Made by a program: the position numbers and the translations under genes
From: a virus
Lineage: Duplodnaviria; Caudoviricetes
DNA: 39,562 bases
IMG/VR virus record: IMGVR_UViG_3300020181_000006
Coordinates: 1-39,562 of that record
Strand: one strand, 5' to 3'
Notes under the pieces: generated by a model
What the model was told of the DNA's origin: nothing
What the model saw: only the letters and a program-made list of their open reading frames with translations
Databases searched by the model: none
In this document: one piece after another, positions 16,465-26,612 of the stretch
Position numbering within the stretch: the first letter of the stretch is position 1
Layout of the letters: the number at the start of each line of letters is the position of its first letter

Positions 16465-16707
16465 ATGAAAGACATCGTCTTAAAAGTCTCCTTCGGGGAC
16501 GTGACTAAAGAAGTCGTCATTGCGCCCGTTCAGGCAGCGAGACTATCTTATCATGTCTACCTGGATAAAAAATATTTGGGGGCTATTCACAAGATGCTTG
16601 ACGGCTGGCATTTCGACGAACAAAAGCCGGGGATATTTACCTATGAGGATATGCAGTTTATGATTGAGGCTGCGCGGAAGCATGCTGAGGGGCTTGATGC
16701 CTCGTAG
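16465..16707 (+). CDS. Hypothetical protein
   Basis: YHVYLDKKYLG.I.K...GW motif. Confidence 0.6.
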   Translation: MKDIVLKVSFGDVTKEVVIAPVQAARLSYHVYLDKKYLGAIHKMLDGWHFDEQKPGIFTYEDMQFMIEAARKHAEGLDAS

Positions 16708-16727
16708 TAGGCCGTGCCGGGCGAGCG

Positions 16728-17219
16728 TTAACCTCTGATCCACTTATAGAGAAAGAACGCCCCTATAGCAATCGCAAACATGATGATCATTGCCCGGGTG
16801 CCGATGTTCCGCAATAGTGTACTGTCGGAATCCTTGTTCTTTATAACCGCTTCCTTTTGAACGCTTCCCGAATCGATCCGGGCAGTTTCCTTAGTGTGGG
16901 AACTGTCCCGGGCCGCGGAATCGGCTTTGTGTGCCGTTCTCTTATCCCTGCGCCCTTCAATTATCGTTTCCTGGGTCTTTCGGCCGGCCGTGTCGTAAAG
17001 CGTTTGTACGGCTTTAAACTCGCTGAAATCAACTGTAGTGTTTTCGGTGACGACACTTGTGGAAACATTCGCCTGGTAATCCCTGGCAAGGAACTTTGAA
17101 TCGTAGGCGCTATCCAGGGTTGTTGTTGTCACTACCTTTTTTTTCGTACCGCACCCCAAAGAAAGCGAGCACCATAAAAATAGCATAGCAAACGCAAAAT
17201 ATGAAGACTTCCATTTCAT
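16728..17219 (-). CDS. Spanin-like lipoprotein (unimolecular-spanin architecture)
   Basis: Signal peptide with SLG-C lipobox, S/T-rich body and C-terminal TM helix; last gene of the lysis cassette. Confidence 0.7.
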   Translation of the reverse strand: MKWKSSYFAFAMLFLWCSLSLGCGTKKKVVTTTTLDSAYDSKFLARDYQANVSTSVVTENTTVDFSEFKAVQTLYDTAGRKTQETIIEGRRDKRTAHKADSAARDSSHTKETARIDSGSVQKEAVIKNKDSDSTLLRNIGTRAMIIMFAIAIGAFFLYKWIRG

Positions 17220-17464
17220 CGAATATCGTTAAGCTGATCAATTATTAGTGAGCTTCTATCAATCGCGCGGGCGCAATCCCTCATAGCCCTGGTACTTTCG
17301 TCCATCGCCTGAATCATCTTTTGCCGGTCGTCGGCCATGTAGGTGCGAATTTCCGCTTCCACGGTATTCATTTTGCCCCACAGGACCCATGCGGCAATAA
17401 GCAGTACGGCGATTGTCGTACTCTTATCCAGGATCTTTTCCAGAATCGGACTTAATTTTTCCAT
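17216..17464 (-). CDS. Holin/antiholin-like protein
   Basis: One TM helix plus coiled coil; in the lysis cassette. Confidence 0.6.
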   Translation of the reverse strand: MEKLSPILEKILDKSTTIAVLLIAAWVLWGKMNTVEAEIRTYMADDRQKMIQAMDESTRAMRDCARAIDRSSLIIDQLNDIR

Positions 17465-17663
17465 CTTCTTCAGATTTACCGAAAACAATATTTATGACTG
17501 AGGGCAGCAGCCCGAGCAGGAAGCCAAGTATCAGGTTAAGGAACTCCTTCGAATCCGGCGAAACCGGTTCAAAGGTCACCTCGTGCACGTAGTTGAATAT
17601 GAAGCCGGAAGCCCCTACCAGAAAGGCAAAGCCCAGGATTTTTGTAAACATGCGGTCTTTCAT
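17424..17663 (-). CDS. Holin (2 TM)
   Basis: Two hydrophobic helices and a charged C-terminus; follows the endolysin. Confidence 0.7.
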   Translation of the reverse strand: MKDRMFTKILGFAFLVGASGFIFNYVHEVTFEPVSPDSKEFLNLILGFLLGLLPSVINIVFGKSEEDGKIKSDSGKDPG

Positions 17664-18205
17664 GGCATAGAGTTTATGTAAGCAACAGAATTATCAAACT
17701 CCTTTTCAAATTCTTCTATCCTGCGGGTCCCTTCGCCTGGGTTGACGATCTTGCGGGCCTGCTCAAGGTTGCATGCGCCCATTGTTACCAGGTAGTCAGA
17801 AAGTTTCTTTCCGGTGAATAGCCCGTCTCGCATTCCGAGCACCAGAATTTTAACGGCTATTTCAGGAGTTGCGGCTTTCTCCGGGAACCGGATCAAGTCC
17901 ACCCCCGTTATTTTTGCAAACCGATCGTAGTTATACCTTCCGGTGATCTGAACGTATCCCCGACCCCTGAACTTTGCGCCATCCCCTGGCAGCGTATTTC
18001 CAAGCTGCTTCCCTACACGTGTTCCCGCGCCGTAGCGGCCTTCAAAATACGCCTCCGGTTCACCGTTGTACTTCTCTACCATTGAACGCCCGTAACCGCT
18101 TTCAAGTCCTGCTGTGGCAAGCACGTAGGCAATCTGCAAAGTATCTTCTACCCCGTATTCCAGGCAGGTATCGAAGATGAGTTTTTTATGTTCGGAGGTT
18201 GTCAT
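17660..18205 (-). CDS. Endolysin, glycoside hydrolase family 19
   Basis: AY.LATA..ES, LGNT.PGDGAKFRGRGYVQITGR.NY, ARKIVN. Confidence 0.9.
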   Translation of the reverse strand: MTTSEHKKLIFDTCLEYGVEDTLQIAYVLATAGLESGYGRSMVEKYNGEPEAYFEGRYGAGTRVGKQLGNTLPGDGAKFRGRGYVQITGRYNYDRFAKITGVDLIRFPEKAATPEIAVKILVLGMRDGLFTGKKLSDYLVTMGACNLEQARKIVNPGEGTRRIEEFEKEFDNSVAYINSMP

Positions 18206-18208
18206 GTA

Positions 18209-21067
18209 TCATGTAAGTTTCAATACTGCATAGGCATATCCATTTGCCGTAACAGAGGTCAGGTTGATACCGGATAAGGGGACAATATCCCCGCTGTTTA
18301 TTGTAATGCCAATCTTATCCACTTCGGTAATCGAAAGGCCTGAGAGGTACTGAGGAAGCGAAACCGTGTCTTTTACAACATCCGCATGATAATCGATGTA
18401 CACAATCCAGCTTTGCCCCTCTTTGTGCCAGTATACGACAGCGTTTTCGTTTATGCTGGGATCAAAATATTGATGGTAAGCCATGCCGTGGTAAACGCCT
18501 TCGTTGGGCGCTAACTCATAAAGGCCGCGGGGATAACTTTTTGCTGTATTGTTCCTCAGGTCCCACTGTTCGGCATAACTCTTTCTTAAGGACGCTTTGG
18601 TGCTTCCGGTTTCATAGAAATAGCCATGCGCATACCCGTACTTCCGTTCTCCCCCGGCAGTTTCCAGTAGCTGAACCATCCTCTGCACAGGCTTATCAAC
18701 ATCCTCCACAACAGTAACATTGGGGTTATTTGCCGGTACGCTTGACCCAAAGTATACATCATTTGCACCCCCTAACGGACTTGATAAGTCGAAAGGCGCT
18801 CTGAAATTTATATTGTTGCCGTTTGCTACCGCGTTATTGGAGTTGGGCATGTAAGCCATATTCTTAACGGTCGCATCGGTTCCAGGAGTAAACTTCTGGG
18901 CCTGGAGAAATCCAATGCGGAGCAAATACCAGTCGATAACAAAATTTATTACCTCGTCAACATAAAGGGAATTGGTTTTATCGTAGGAGTAAACGATTGA
19001 CCTCGTTATCATAGTGGGGCCGCTCGATGGCTCGAAGGGAGCGGACAGTACTGGCTGACGGAAATCGCCTATTTCCTGAATTTCTTTAAGAGAGAAAATA
19101 TTGCCGTAATTAATACCTGCGCTTGCCGGTTTACCGTCCACAAGTAATTCCTGGGTCACCGATTTTACCGAAGGGAATATTTCTTCAGTCAGCCGCTGAG
19201 TTGCGGTGATCGTTCCTGTATGGGTCGCCCCTGAAACGTGGGTGATTGTGTTGCTGCCCATTGACCTGGGGATAACATCCCCGTTTGTTCCGGCATAGGA
19301 CTTACCAAAAAACCGAAGTGTGTTTACGTCGATAACTTCAACCAAGATCCATTCAAGGGCGCTCGACTGCCATACTGAAAACAGATCCTGTGCATCTTTC
19401 CCGTGCGCCGCTGCAGTCACCTTTACGCTGGCTATACCGTGGTTTCCTGTAGTTGTTATGATGGTATCCAGCATCATAGGGCTGATATTGTCGTTCACAT
19501 CGTGAATAAGACCGTCTGTATTTGCAAGCAGGCTTTCCCCGTCAGGCAAGGATTTATCGATGCGGTATACGCTATTTGTATTAGCCACCCCGTTGTTATT
19601 GGACCTGTCCCATATATGAAGAAGGTCATAGCTATTGTTAAATGGGATGCGAACGTAAAACTGAGTAGCTGACACGAAGGCGCGTAGATCAGTTTCGGGG
19701 GTCGTGGCCTCAGCCGTTGCGGACCTTAAAGGATGGCCGCTTATGCCGTATATTTCCTCGGGCGTGTTGGGGTCGTAAGGCTCATAAGGCGAAGCTTCCT
19801 TTCCCGCTTCTACCATAAACTCGTCGAAAAGGCTGTCCGATTCCGTTGCACTCCTGATAGTACAGGCCAAGAAGGTAGATTCGGGGGGAGCTAAAAACGT
19901 GCACTTACCATCAAGTTTTACAAATCCTATATCAGAGGCCCTGCCGCTAAGGATATAGTCAGGGGAATCTGCGGGAGGGCGCGGGTTTGTGCCTTTTATT
20001 ATGGCCATAGCCTGCTGGGCGCTGTTCCAACCGGAGATTGTATAAGTCAGTCCCGGCTGAATAGGCATGTTATACATGGTTTTCCACCCTACTGCATCTG
20101 CAATTCCATGCCCTTCAGCAACCGACACAAAAGCATCTGCCAGTATCATTGTCGATGGATCAAATTTATTCCCAGGCTTTTCCATTTCAAGGGTTGGTAA
20201 ATCCATCTGCCGGGCGGGGCTGTTCGGCTTGGACACATCGCCTAAAATCTCTCCATTGAGTATTCTCTTAGCCACTACATCGGTCCCCTGGTATTCTGCA
20301 ATTGGATAAAACTCCTGGTAGGGTGTAGCTACACTGCCGGTTTGCAGCTGGTATGAATCTCGCGCCAGGTCCCATGTTCCGGTGCTGACGGCGATGTTCT
20401 GCCGGAAATAATAGCCGTTTGAGGGCACAGTAAACGTCGCGGCGGCTGGCGTAATTCCAAGCCAAGCCATATTTATATCGTAAATGTGGATATTAGCCGT
20501 ATCTACCGCATACGTATTATCACAGCTTCGTGTATAGGTTTGACCAGGTGTTACTCTGATCACACCTGTAATCATGAAATTTGCCGCCACAATAGGCTCT
20601 CCATTTACTGAACTGATAGCATAACCTTCCTGAAAAGCATCCTTGTCGGCTATGTTGTGGGTCGCCGAGACTACGTTCGGCTTTTCGTTGTCGATAAGAT
20701 CCAGTGCGCCTGTTGTTGCATACCCACTCAAATCTACAGTTATGGGAACCGGAAGCACGTCCCAGAACGTTCCGTTGTAGGTGAGAACGTTTAGGTTTTC
20801 TGTAGTTGTTATAGGGTCGCCGTTTACGTCCAGGAAGTTTGTGAATGTTCCTACTCCGGCGAAGTATGTTTCACCTACCGTTGGACCAACCGGATCGGTG
20901 CTTTGCTCTGCAATTCCTTCTACCACACTGATTCCTAAAAATGCTCTGGCAGACGCAATATCTATTTTTGCTCCTGTGCCGTCAGGAAGTCCGATTACCA
21001 GAAGGTCAGTATCTGACAGAGGTCCGGAATCAGGAAAATCGCTTATTTTAATGAGTTCAAGTGCCAT
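18209..21067 (-). CDS. Tail fibre / receptor-binding protein
   Basis: N-terminal IKISDFP...DLLVI anchor; two repeated beta-sandwich modules (PGQTYT...TGSVATPYQ and PGLTYT...AGKEASPYEPY); last tail gene. Confidence 0.75.
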   Translation of the reverse strand: MALELIKISDFPDSGPLSDTDLLVIGLPDGTGAKIDIASARAFLGISVVEGIAEQSTDPVGPTVGETYFAGVGTFTNFLDVNGDPITTTENLNVLTYNGTFWDVLPVPITVDLSGYATTGALDLIDNEKPNVVSATHNIADKDAFQEGYAISSVNGEPIVAANFMITGVIRVTPGQTYTRSCDNTYAVDTANIHIYDINMAWLGITPAAATFTVPSNGYYFRQNIAVSTGTWDLARDSYQLQTGSVATPYQEFYPIAEYQGTDVVAKRILNGEILGDVSKPNSPARQMDLPTLEMEKPGNKFDPSTMILADAFVSVAEGHGIADAVGWKTMYNMPIQPGLTYTISGWNSAQQAMAIIKGTNPRPPADSPDYILSGRASDIGFVKLDGKCTFLAPPESTFLACTIRSATESDSLFDEFMVEAGKEASPYEPYDPNTPEEIYGISGHPLRSATAEATTPETDLRAFVSATQFYVRIPFNNSYDLLHIWDRSNNNGVANTNSVYRIDKSLPDGESLLANTDGLIHDVNDNISPMMLDTIITTTGNHGIASVKVTAAAHGKDAQDLFSVWQSSALEWILVEVIDVNTLRFFGKSYAGTNGDVIPRSMGSNTITHVSGATHTGTITATQRLTEEIFPSVKSVTQELLVDGKPASAGINYGNIFSLKEIQEIGDFRQPVLSAPFEPSSGPTMITRSIVYSYDKTNSLYVDEVINFVIDWYLLRIGFLQAQKFTPGTDATVKNMAYMPNSNNAVANGNNINFRAPFDLSSPLGGANDVYFGSSVPANNPNVTVVEDVDKPVQRMVQLLETAGGERKYGYAHGYFYETGSTKASLRKSYAEQWDLRNNTAKSYPRGLYELAPNEGVYHGMAYHQYFDPSINENAVVYWHKEGQSWIVYIDYHADVVKDTVSLPQYLSGLSITEVDKIGITINSGDIVPLSGINLTSVTANGYAYAVLKLT

Positions 21068-21068
21068 A

Positions 21069-21539
21069 TCATAGCTGTGTTAAATTTGTTCCGTTTTGAG
21101 TAACTACATTATCTCCGTCCTGGCTCCATACCATAACATCCTTTATCCCTCCTACGCCAGGGGTTAGCGTAGCTGAAAAGCTCACAATATCTCCGGCCGG
21201 TGCACTCAGGGTCAATGAGGTAATGAATGCTGACCCCTCATCCAGTATTTCGCTCCCGCTGGTAGCCATTCTCCAGATGAAAACTATTTGGTTTCTTTTG
21301 AGGCCCTGTAGGAACACGTAGCTGAACGACGATGACCGTTCAATTACCCCGGCGATAGAGACTGTGTAATCCTGGACAGATGGTGTATAGCTCCTCCATC
21401 CGTTATTTCCCCGTACAGTGGTTTCCATTGCGTCTGTCGTCTCAGGCAAATCGCTACTTGTCAGACAGGCAACAGGGACAAAATCCCCGTCCACTTGAAT
21501 GAAAAATAATACCTCATCGCCCTTGATCAGATCAGCCAT
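21069..21539 (-). CDS. Tail-tube-fold protein (second paralog, tail-tip module)
   Basis: VPVACLTSS...ETT...GW...YTVS..G...GSAFITSLTLSAPAGD.V.FSATL, similar to the major tail protein. Confidence 0.75.
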   Translation of the reverse strand: MADLIKGDEVLFFIQVDGDFVPVACLTSSDLPETTDAMETTVRGNNGWRSYTPSVQDYTVSIAGVIERSSSFSYVFLQGLKRNQIVFIWRMATSGSEILDEGSAFITSLTLSAPAGDIVSFSATLTPGVGGIKDVMVWSQDGDNVVTQNGTNLTQL

Positions 21540-23421
21540 TTATCACGGGTTTAATTGTGTTTTGATACTCTGGTTCCTTGGTCACACTTGCCGCCGCCGT
21601 TGGGACGTCTATCATGCCGCTGTGCAGCTGGTTTAACTTGATAGTTGAAATCTGCTTCGCGTAGTTTATGGTAAGCCCTGTAACAAAAAACTTGTCTTGG
21701 ATCCCGTCAATAGTTATCGCGCTGAAATAGGGGACGACCCCAAAAACGTCCCCTTCGTATACGTACTGGCGGCTTCTCAGGGAATACCCTATGCGTACGG
21801 CTATTACGTCCAAAAGCTCGAGCGTGGAGGGGAACAGAGGATTGTTTGTCACCGGGTCCCCTATCCATTTGTTTCCCAGCTCAATCCCTTGCGTTGGGGT
21901 CACCCCGTCATTTTCATACAGGGATCCCAGCAACGAGGCGTCACTGTCGCCATTAAATACCGTTTTAGCATCAGGTATTTCCAGTATATTCCCTTCGTTC
22001 TCGTGCCTGTAGATCCATGCTCTTAGTCCGGTATCTATTCCCTGGGAAACGGTTACTTTGGTAAATATTAGCTGAATATCAGCATCAAAGGCAGAGTTAA
22101 TTATTTCGGGCTCATACAGCCTGATTTGCAGATCCCCGGCTACGGGAGGCATAGTGGTTTTAAGTTCTATTGTTCTTCCTGCATTGCTTCCTATCGGGGT
22201 TTTATTTAAATGAGAAACGCCCTCCCATTGCCCGGTCGTTCCGTTATACCAATTAGGGCCTACCTGGATACCGTATACGACATAAAAAGGCACCTGGTTA
22301 GCTGACGATCCTAAGACGTGCATATCAAGCGTCAAACCTCCGTTTTCTGCTGTAATGGCAAGAGGGTCAGAGGCGATAACTGGATTCCTTCCCGATCCTT
22401 CCACGTGCCGAATGACAAGTCCAGGGTCAAGAAATGTGAAGTCTATTAAATCGGCTTCCACAGTCCATCCGGGGGGCTCTGCCGCTAGTTCCAGCAGAAA
22501 GGTTGGATTGGTGAGTATATTTACCCTTACGCCGAGTTCATATCGCATGCGCGTAATCTTTACAGCTCTTGCTGTAGAGAGCTCCTGATTGGCGTTAACA
22601 TGGTAGAAATCTTTTATTTCGGCCCATTCCGGGGCAAGTATCTTGTTTGGGTTTAGTTCTATCGATTCCATGAATAAACCGTTAACAACGGCGTATCGAT
22701 AAAACTTGATAGGGTCGGATGATTGCAGCATGCGGCCCCCGGGGCTGAATACATACCAATGGCCAAGATATTGCACGATAATGAGGCCGAACGGTTCCAG
22801 TATCGATTGCAGGACCGCTTTACAGTCCATCGGCGTATCCTGATCAGCTTGCAAGTACCTTTCGTTCGATACCCGGATCCAGTCAAAATTGTCAATTCCA
22901 TCCGGCGCGCCCAGGTACTCAATATCGGCCGCGATGTAAACGCTATCACTAGGGAAAGTCAACGGGGAAAGGCATGCGCAAACAATATCTTTAAGAAGAT
23001 AGTTGCCACCCGCGGTAACGCCAATTTCCTGGGAATACTCGTAGTTTTCAAGCATCGAAAGTCCGTCAATTACCTGGAAGGCGGTTTCCCATTCATTTAA
23101 AACAAAGGATTGCAGGACGCCATCAGGAATTGCATACCCCTTGAACTGAAGAACGCCGCCTATTTTAAATTCGACGTAGTAATATTTTTCATCTTCCGCG
23201 TAAAGGGTATCGGCGGGTGTGTCGAGTGTGGCTAAAAAGCGCACGTTTAAACTCCCCCCTCGGAGGCATTCATAAGGATCGTCTACTTCGGGACTGTCGT
23301 ATTCAACAGGATTATCACCAGCACCAATGAGTTCCGTAACATCTCCCGCAAACCCTTCCGAGTAAATATCTAACCGGCATTCCGGATCAAACTCCATAAA
23401 ATATTGTAATGCCAGTGCCAT
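21532..23421 (-). CDS. Baseplate hub / tail-tip protein
   Basis: 629 aa directly after the tape measure gene; beta-rich; DGLSMLENY motif. Confidence 0.65.
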   Translation of the reverse strand: MALALQYFMEFDPECRLDIYSEGFAGDVTELIGAGDNPVEYDSPEVDDPYECLRGGSLNVRFLATLDTPADTLYAEDEKYYYVEFKIGGVLQFKGYAIPDGVLQSFVLNEWETAFQVIDGLSMLENYEYSQEIGVTAGGNYLLKDIVCACLSPLTFPSDSVYIAADIEYLGAPDGIDNFDWIRVSNERYLQADQDTPMDCKAVLQSILEPFGLIIVQYLGHWYVFSPGGRMLQSSDPIKFYRYAVVNGLFMESIELNPNKILAPEWAEIKDFYHVNANQELSTARAVKITRMRYELGVRVNILTNPTFLLELAAEPPGWTVEADLIDFTFLDPGLVIRHVEGSGRNPVIASDPLAITAENGGLTLDMHVLGSSANQVPFYVVYGIQVGPNWYNGTTGQWEGVSHLNKTPIGSNAGRTIELKTTMPPVAGDLQIRLYEPEIINSAFDADIQLIFTKVTVSQGIDTGLRAWIYRHENEGNILEIPDAKTVFNGDSDASLLGSLYENDGVTPTQGIELGNKWIGDPVTNNPLFPSTLELLDVIAVRIGYSLRSRQYVYEGDVFGVVPYFSAITIDGIQDKFFVTGLTINYAKQISTIKLNQLHSGMIDVPTAAASVTKEPEYQNTIKPVING

Positions 23422-25481
23422 TATGGGGTTATTCTGTTTCCGTGCTGTGCTTCTCGTTTCAGTATGCCTACAAGTGATCGGCCAGCAATTTCAAATACTA
23501 CTGTTCCGGCTATTCCACTTGTATTAGCGGGGGATATGGTTGTGGTGCTCGATCCGGTGCTACCTGAGGACGCGCCGCCTCCGCTATTCCCGATGGTGCC
23601 AGACAGGCTTCTTGATTTCGCGGCGAATGCGGACCCGAGAGCCACTAATGCTACTCCTGCCCCAATTGCAACGGCTGGGTGTAGCGACTTGAGGGCTGTC
23701 TTGATGGATTCAAGTCCAATACCGACCGCTATCGCCATTTTGCCTAGATCCACCAGTACGCCACCTAACGCCCCTAGTAGCGCACCTCCCGCCGCGTTCA
23801 CTACATTGCCGCCATTCACTAGGGCTTCCCCTAGCGCCGCGGCCACTGAACCTATTCCGTCCTCTATGCCATATCTCAGTATTTCGGAAAACCCTTCATT
23901 GAATGCCGCGGCCAACATCTCGCCTTGAGCTGTATATGTTGGGGCAATCGCTGCCGCCACTCCTTGAACCTGCTGACTGATATTCACAAGGCCGGCCGCC
24001 ATGCGTGTGCCTACGGACATAGCGTATATATCTGTAATCCCTTTCTCTAGCCGCCAAAATGATGCATCTATGGCCTCTAACTCCTTTCTGGTCTCGCTTT
24101 TGGCACCCTTTCCATCACCGAGGAAGTTTTGTATTGCCCCGTCCGCTTTCTTTAGGGCTTCATAAGCCTGGTTTCCGTATTGTATTTGTTGCCTGGATTC
24201 CTGGTTAAGCTGTTTTGCGTAAGCTGCTTCCGACTTCTTGAAATTAGCTATCTGTTCTTCTAGGTCCTTTCGCCTAGTTATATCATACAGGTTAACACCC
24301 GCAGCTTGCGTATCGCCTCCAGCAGGTTGCAGATTAGCCAGATCTCGTTCCGCCTTGTACCTGTCCTCTATAGTTTGCGCTAGGCTTGCTTCCGTTTGTA
24401 ATCTCCTTTTAGCCACATCGATAGCCGCATCCTGGTAGGCCCTAGCGGTCGATGCGGCAGTTATGGCGGCAGCCAGTTTCCCGTAAGCGGTTGCTGCTTC
24501 TCCTGCGATTACTTCCTCGTCAGAGAAGTTTTTTAATAGCGTCGGGTATTTGTCCCGCATTTCGTTAACGGCCGCAATCCTATCCTTTCGGGTTTGTGTT
24601 TCATCTTCCGCAATTTTCCGCAGTGTAGTAAGTGCTATGATCTCGGCCTGGGCGCTTCCTTCGCTTTCTCTAAGAAAATCAGCCAACCCTTTGACGGACG
24701 CGCCTAATTCGTCTGTTTTCTTTTTTGCCTTTGCCGCCCTATCTGAAAATAGTTGCAAACCAGTGGTTAGGACGCTAACGCCCAATATAGCAAGCGTTGC
24801 CGGATTAGCGAGGCTTCCAAGCAGGGCTGATTTCATTGATATGCCCGCAGCCTTTGCGCTGGCTGCCATGTATCCCAGGTTTGTAGTTAATTGGGTTATG
24901 TTATTCGCCACCCCTCGGATACCGTAGGGCGCGTCCTGAATTATCTGAGAAAATGATAGAGCTGCATTTGACCCACCATTAAAGGCAGCCACGCTTTTTC
25001 GTCCTACCGATTGCTGTATTGCGTTTCCCGCATGGGTGGCTTCAAGCGATATGTTTTGCAGGCTTCTGTCCATTAACCGCAAATCGGCGTACATGGAAGG
25101 ATGTATAACCCCCCTTCCGAATCCGCCTCTAAGGCTTTTTGATGCCCTATCAAGTGATGTAGCCACCTTGGCAGATGTGTCAGAAAATGCTTTAGAGGCG
25201 GCCTGCATGTCGGATGTAACGCCTTGCGACCAATTCTCACTAACGGCCCCCGATCTTTTTAAAGCCGCCGCAACCTCCTGAGCGCTATCGGAAAATTCTG
25301 TTTTTATTTCCCTGGCACCTTTACTCGCTTCCTCAGAGGCTTTTCTTATGGAAATAGCTACCCTGCTGCCAGCGAAGTCAGCCTTTGATTTGAATGCCTC
25401 CAACGCAGAAGTAGCTTGCTCCATTCCGGAGATAAACTTTTTGGCATTTAGCCCTAATTCCGCATCAATCCTTGTTGGCAT
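23421..25481 (-). CDS. Tape measure protein
   Basis: Ala-rich helical protein of 686 aa; SQIIQDAPYG..GVANNI motif; hydrophobic segments; follows the chaperones. Confidence 0.9.
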   Translation of the reverse strand: MPTRIDAELGLNAKKFISGMEQATSALEAFKSKADFAGSRVAISIRKASEEASKGAREIKTEFSDSAQEVAAALKRSGAVSENWSQGVTSDMQAASKAFSDTSAKVATSLDRASKSLRGGFGRGVIHPSMYADLRLMDRSLQNISLEATHAGNAIQQSVGRKSVAAFNGGSNAALSFSQIIQDAPYGIRGVANNITQLTTNLGYMAASAKAAGISMKSALLGSLANPATLAILGVSVLTTGLQLFSDRAAKAKKKTDELGASVKGLADFLRESEGSAQAEIIALTTLRKIAEDETQTRKDRIAAVNEMRDKYPTLLKNFSDEEVIAGEAATAYGKLAAAITAASTARAYQDAAIDVAKRRLQTEASLAQTIEDRYKAERDLANLQPAGGDTQAAGVNLYDITRRKDLEEQIANFKKSEAAYAKQLNQESRQQIQYGNQAYEALKKADGAIQNFLGDGKGAKSETRKELEAIDASFWRLEKGITDIYAMSVGTRMAAGLVNISQQVQGVAAAIAPTYTAQGEMLAAAFNEGFSEILRYGIEDGIGSVAAALGEALVNGGNVVNAAGGALLGALGGVLVDLGKMAIAVGIGLESIKTALKSLHPAVAIGAGVALVALGSAFAAKSRSLSGTIGNSGGGASSGSTGSSTTTISPANTSGIAGTVVFEIAGRSLVGILKREAQHGNRITP

Positions 25482-25800
25482 TGCGTTTCTTGTTATATTC
25501 TTCTCTCGCCTTTCTTAGGGCCTCTATCTGGCTTTCATTTGCCCGGTTCCTGATTCCTGTCATGAACTGATCAAAGGTCTTTGGCAGCTTCTTAGGGTCG
25601 TGGGACGGAGCGATCATCGAATGCCAGGATAATAACCGAACTTCGTCAAACCGTCTATCCTGCTCCCTGAACCACCCCTGTTTCTTTATCACGAACTCAG
25701 CCCATGTCATGCACCACACATCCCAAAGCCTCATCCCGAGTTCTCCCACAGCAAAGCCTATTACGTCTTTGTTCCAGTCGCCTTTTTCGGCTTTTTTTTT
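25465..25800 (-). CDS. Tail assembly chaperone 'T' frame (reached by -1 frameshift)
   Basis: The -1 frame is open from the A9 run: K-A-E-K-G-D-W-N-K-D-V-I-G-F-A-V-G-E-L-G-M-R...MTWAEF. Confidence 0.7.
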   Translation of the reverse strand, partial: KKKAEKGDWNKDVIGFAVGELGMRLWDVWCMTWAEFVIKKQGWFREQDRRFDEVRLLSWHSMIAPSHDPKKLPKTFDQFMTGIRNRANESQIEALRKAREEYNKKRNANKD

Positions 25801-26135
25801 GAAAGATCAGCCTTCGGGACATTTCGCATCAGGCATTCTTCGGCGAACTTTCTGAACTCGGCCACGAACTTCATATCCGTGTTTGTCCATAGCAGGAAAT
25901 CGGCTTCTGTAAAATCTGGACGTATCCCCTCTATCTTGCAATCAAGAATTGCAGCGTAGTAGGCCATAGTGATCATGTTGGAAACCGATTCGAACCGCTT
26001 GCCTTCTTTCGCGTCCCCCGCGGCTACTGACATAAAATCGATGTCGTTATCCAGGCAAGCATCTTCTATTACCCGAAGACCGAACGTAAAGCCGATCTCT
26101 TTGCCGTTAAGCTGTAATTTGATCCTTCCGTCCAT
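25761..26135 (-). CDS. Tail assembly chaperone 'G'
   Basis: Lies between the major tail and tape measure genes; slippery A9-G run near the 3' end. Confidence 0.8.
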   Translation of the reverse strand: MDGRIKLQLNGKEIGFTFGLRVIEDACLDNDIDFMSVAAGDAKEGKRFESVSNMITMAYYAAILDCKIEGIRPDFTEADFLLWTNTDMKFVAEFRKFAEECLMRNVPKADLSKKKPKKATGTKT

Positions 26136-26608
26136 TATACCGTGCTTGCGTGAATATCGCCTTCGGTCACGTCACCAACGCCAAGTAAGGTTCCGGATGC
26201 GGTCACTACTTCGTCTCCGGCCGGTGCGGTAAGTGCCAGGTTAGACATGTAAGCAGTTCCCGAATAGAGAAGTCCTTGCACCGCCTGACCATCTGGGCCA
26301 GCGAACTTCCAGTCAATAGTGCCCGCTATCGCCTTCTTTCGTAAAGAGTTATAAGACTGACGAGCAGTATCACCATCGGGCTCCGTATTAATGAACTCCA
26401 ACTCAAATCCAACCTCATAATTGTGCCCTGTTTGGGTGCGAACTGTTTGTCCGGGATTACATTTGTTTCGCTGCTCGGAGAAACTCCAATTATCGGTCAG
26501 CGAATTGGACGTTAAACACGCGGCCGGTTCCCATGCAGGAATCGCTTCCGTATTGTCCCATATCCACAACAGGAGGTTTTCGCCTGGTAAATAAACTTCG
26601 TTTGCCAT
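26135..26608 (-). CDS. Major tail (tube) protein
   Basis: PAACLTSNSL, YSGTAY.SNL.LTAPAGD...SGTL.G.G; synteny. Confidence 0.85.
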   Translation of the reverse strand: MANEVYLPGENLLLWIWDNTEAIPAWEPAACLTSNSLTDNWSFSEQRNKCNPGQTVRTQTGHNYEVGFELEFINTEPDGDTARQSYNSLRKKAIAGTIDWKFAGPDGQAVQGLLYSGTAYMSNLALTAPAGDEVVTASGTLLGVGDVTEGDIHASTV

Positions 26609-26612
26609 AACA

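Noticed and set aside
18209-21067. Diversity-generating retroelement or invertible tail-fibre system
   Set aside because: No reverse transcriptase or invertase is present, and I saw no template/variable repeat pair
23464-25281. Plus-strand ORFs opposite the tape measure and other structural genes
   Set aside because: Antisense shadow frames with no motifs
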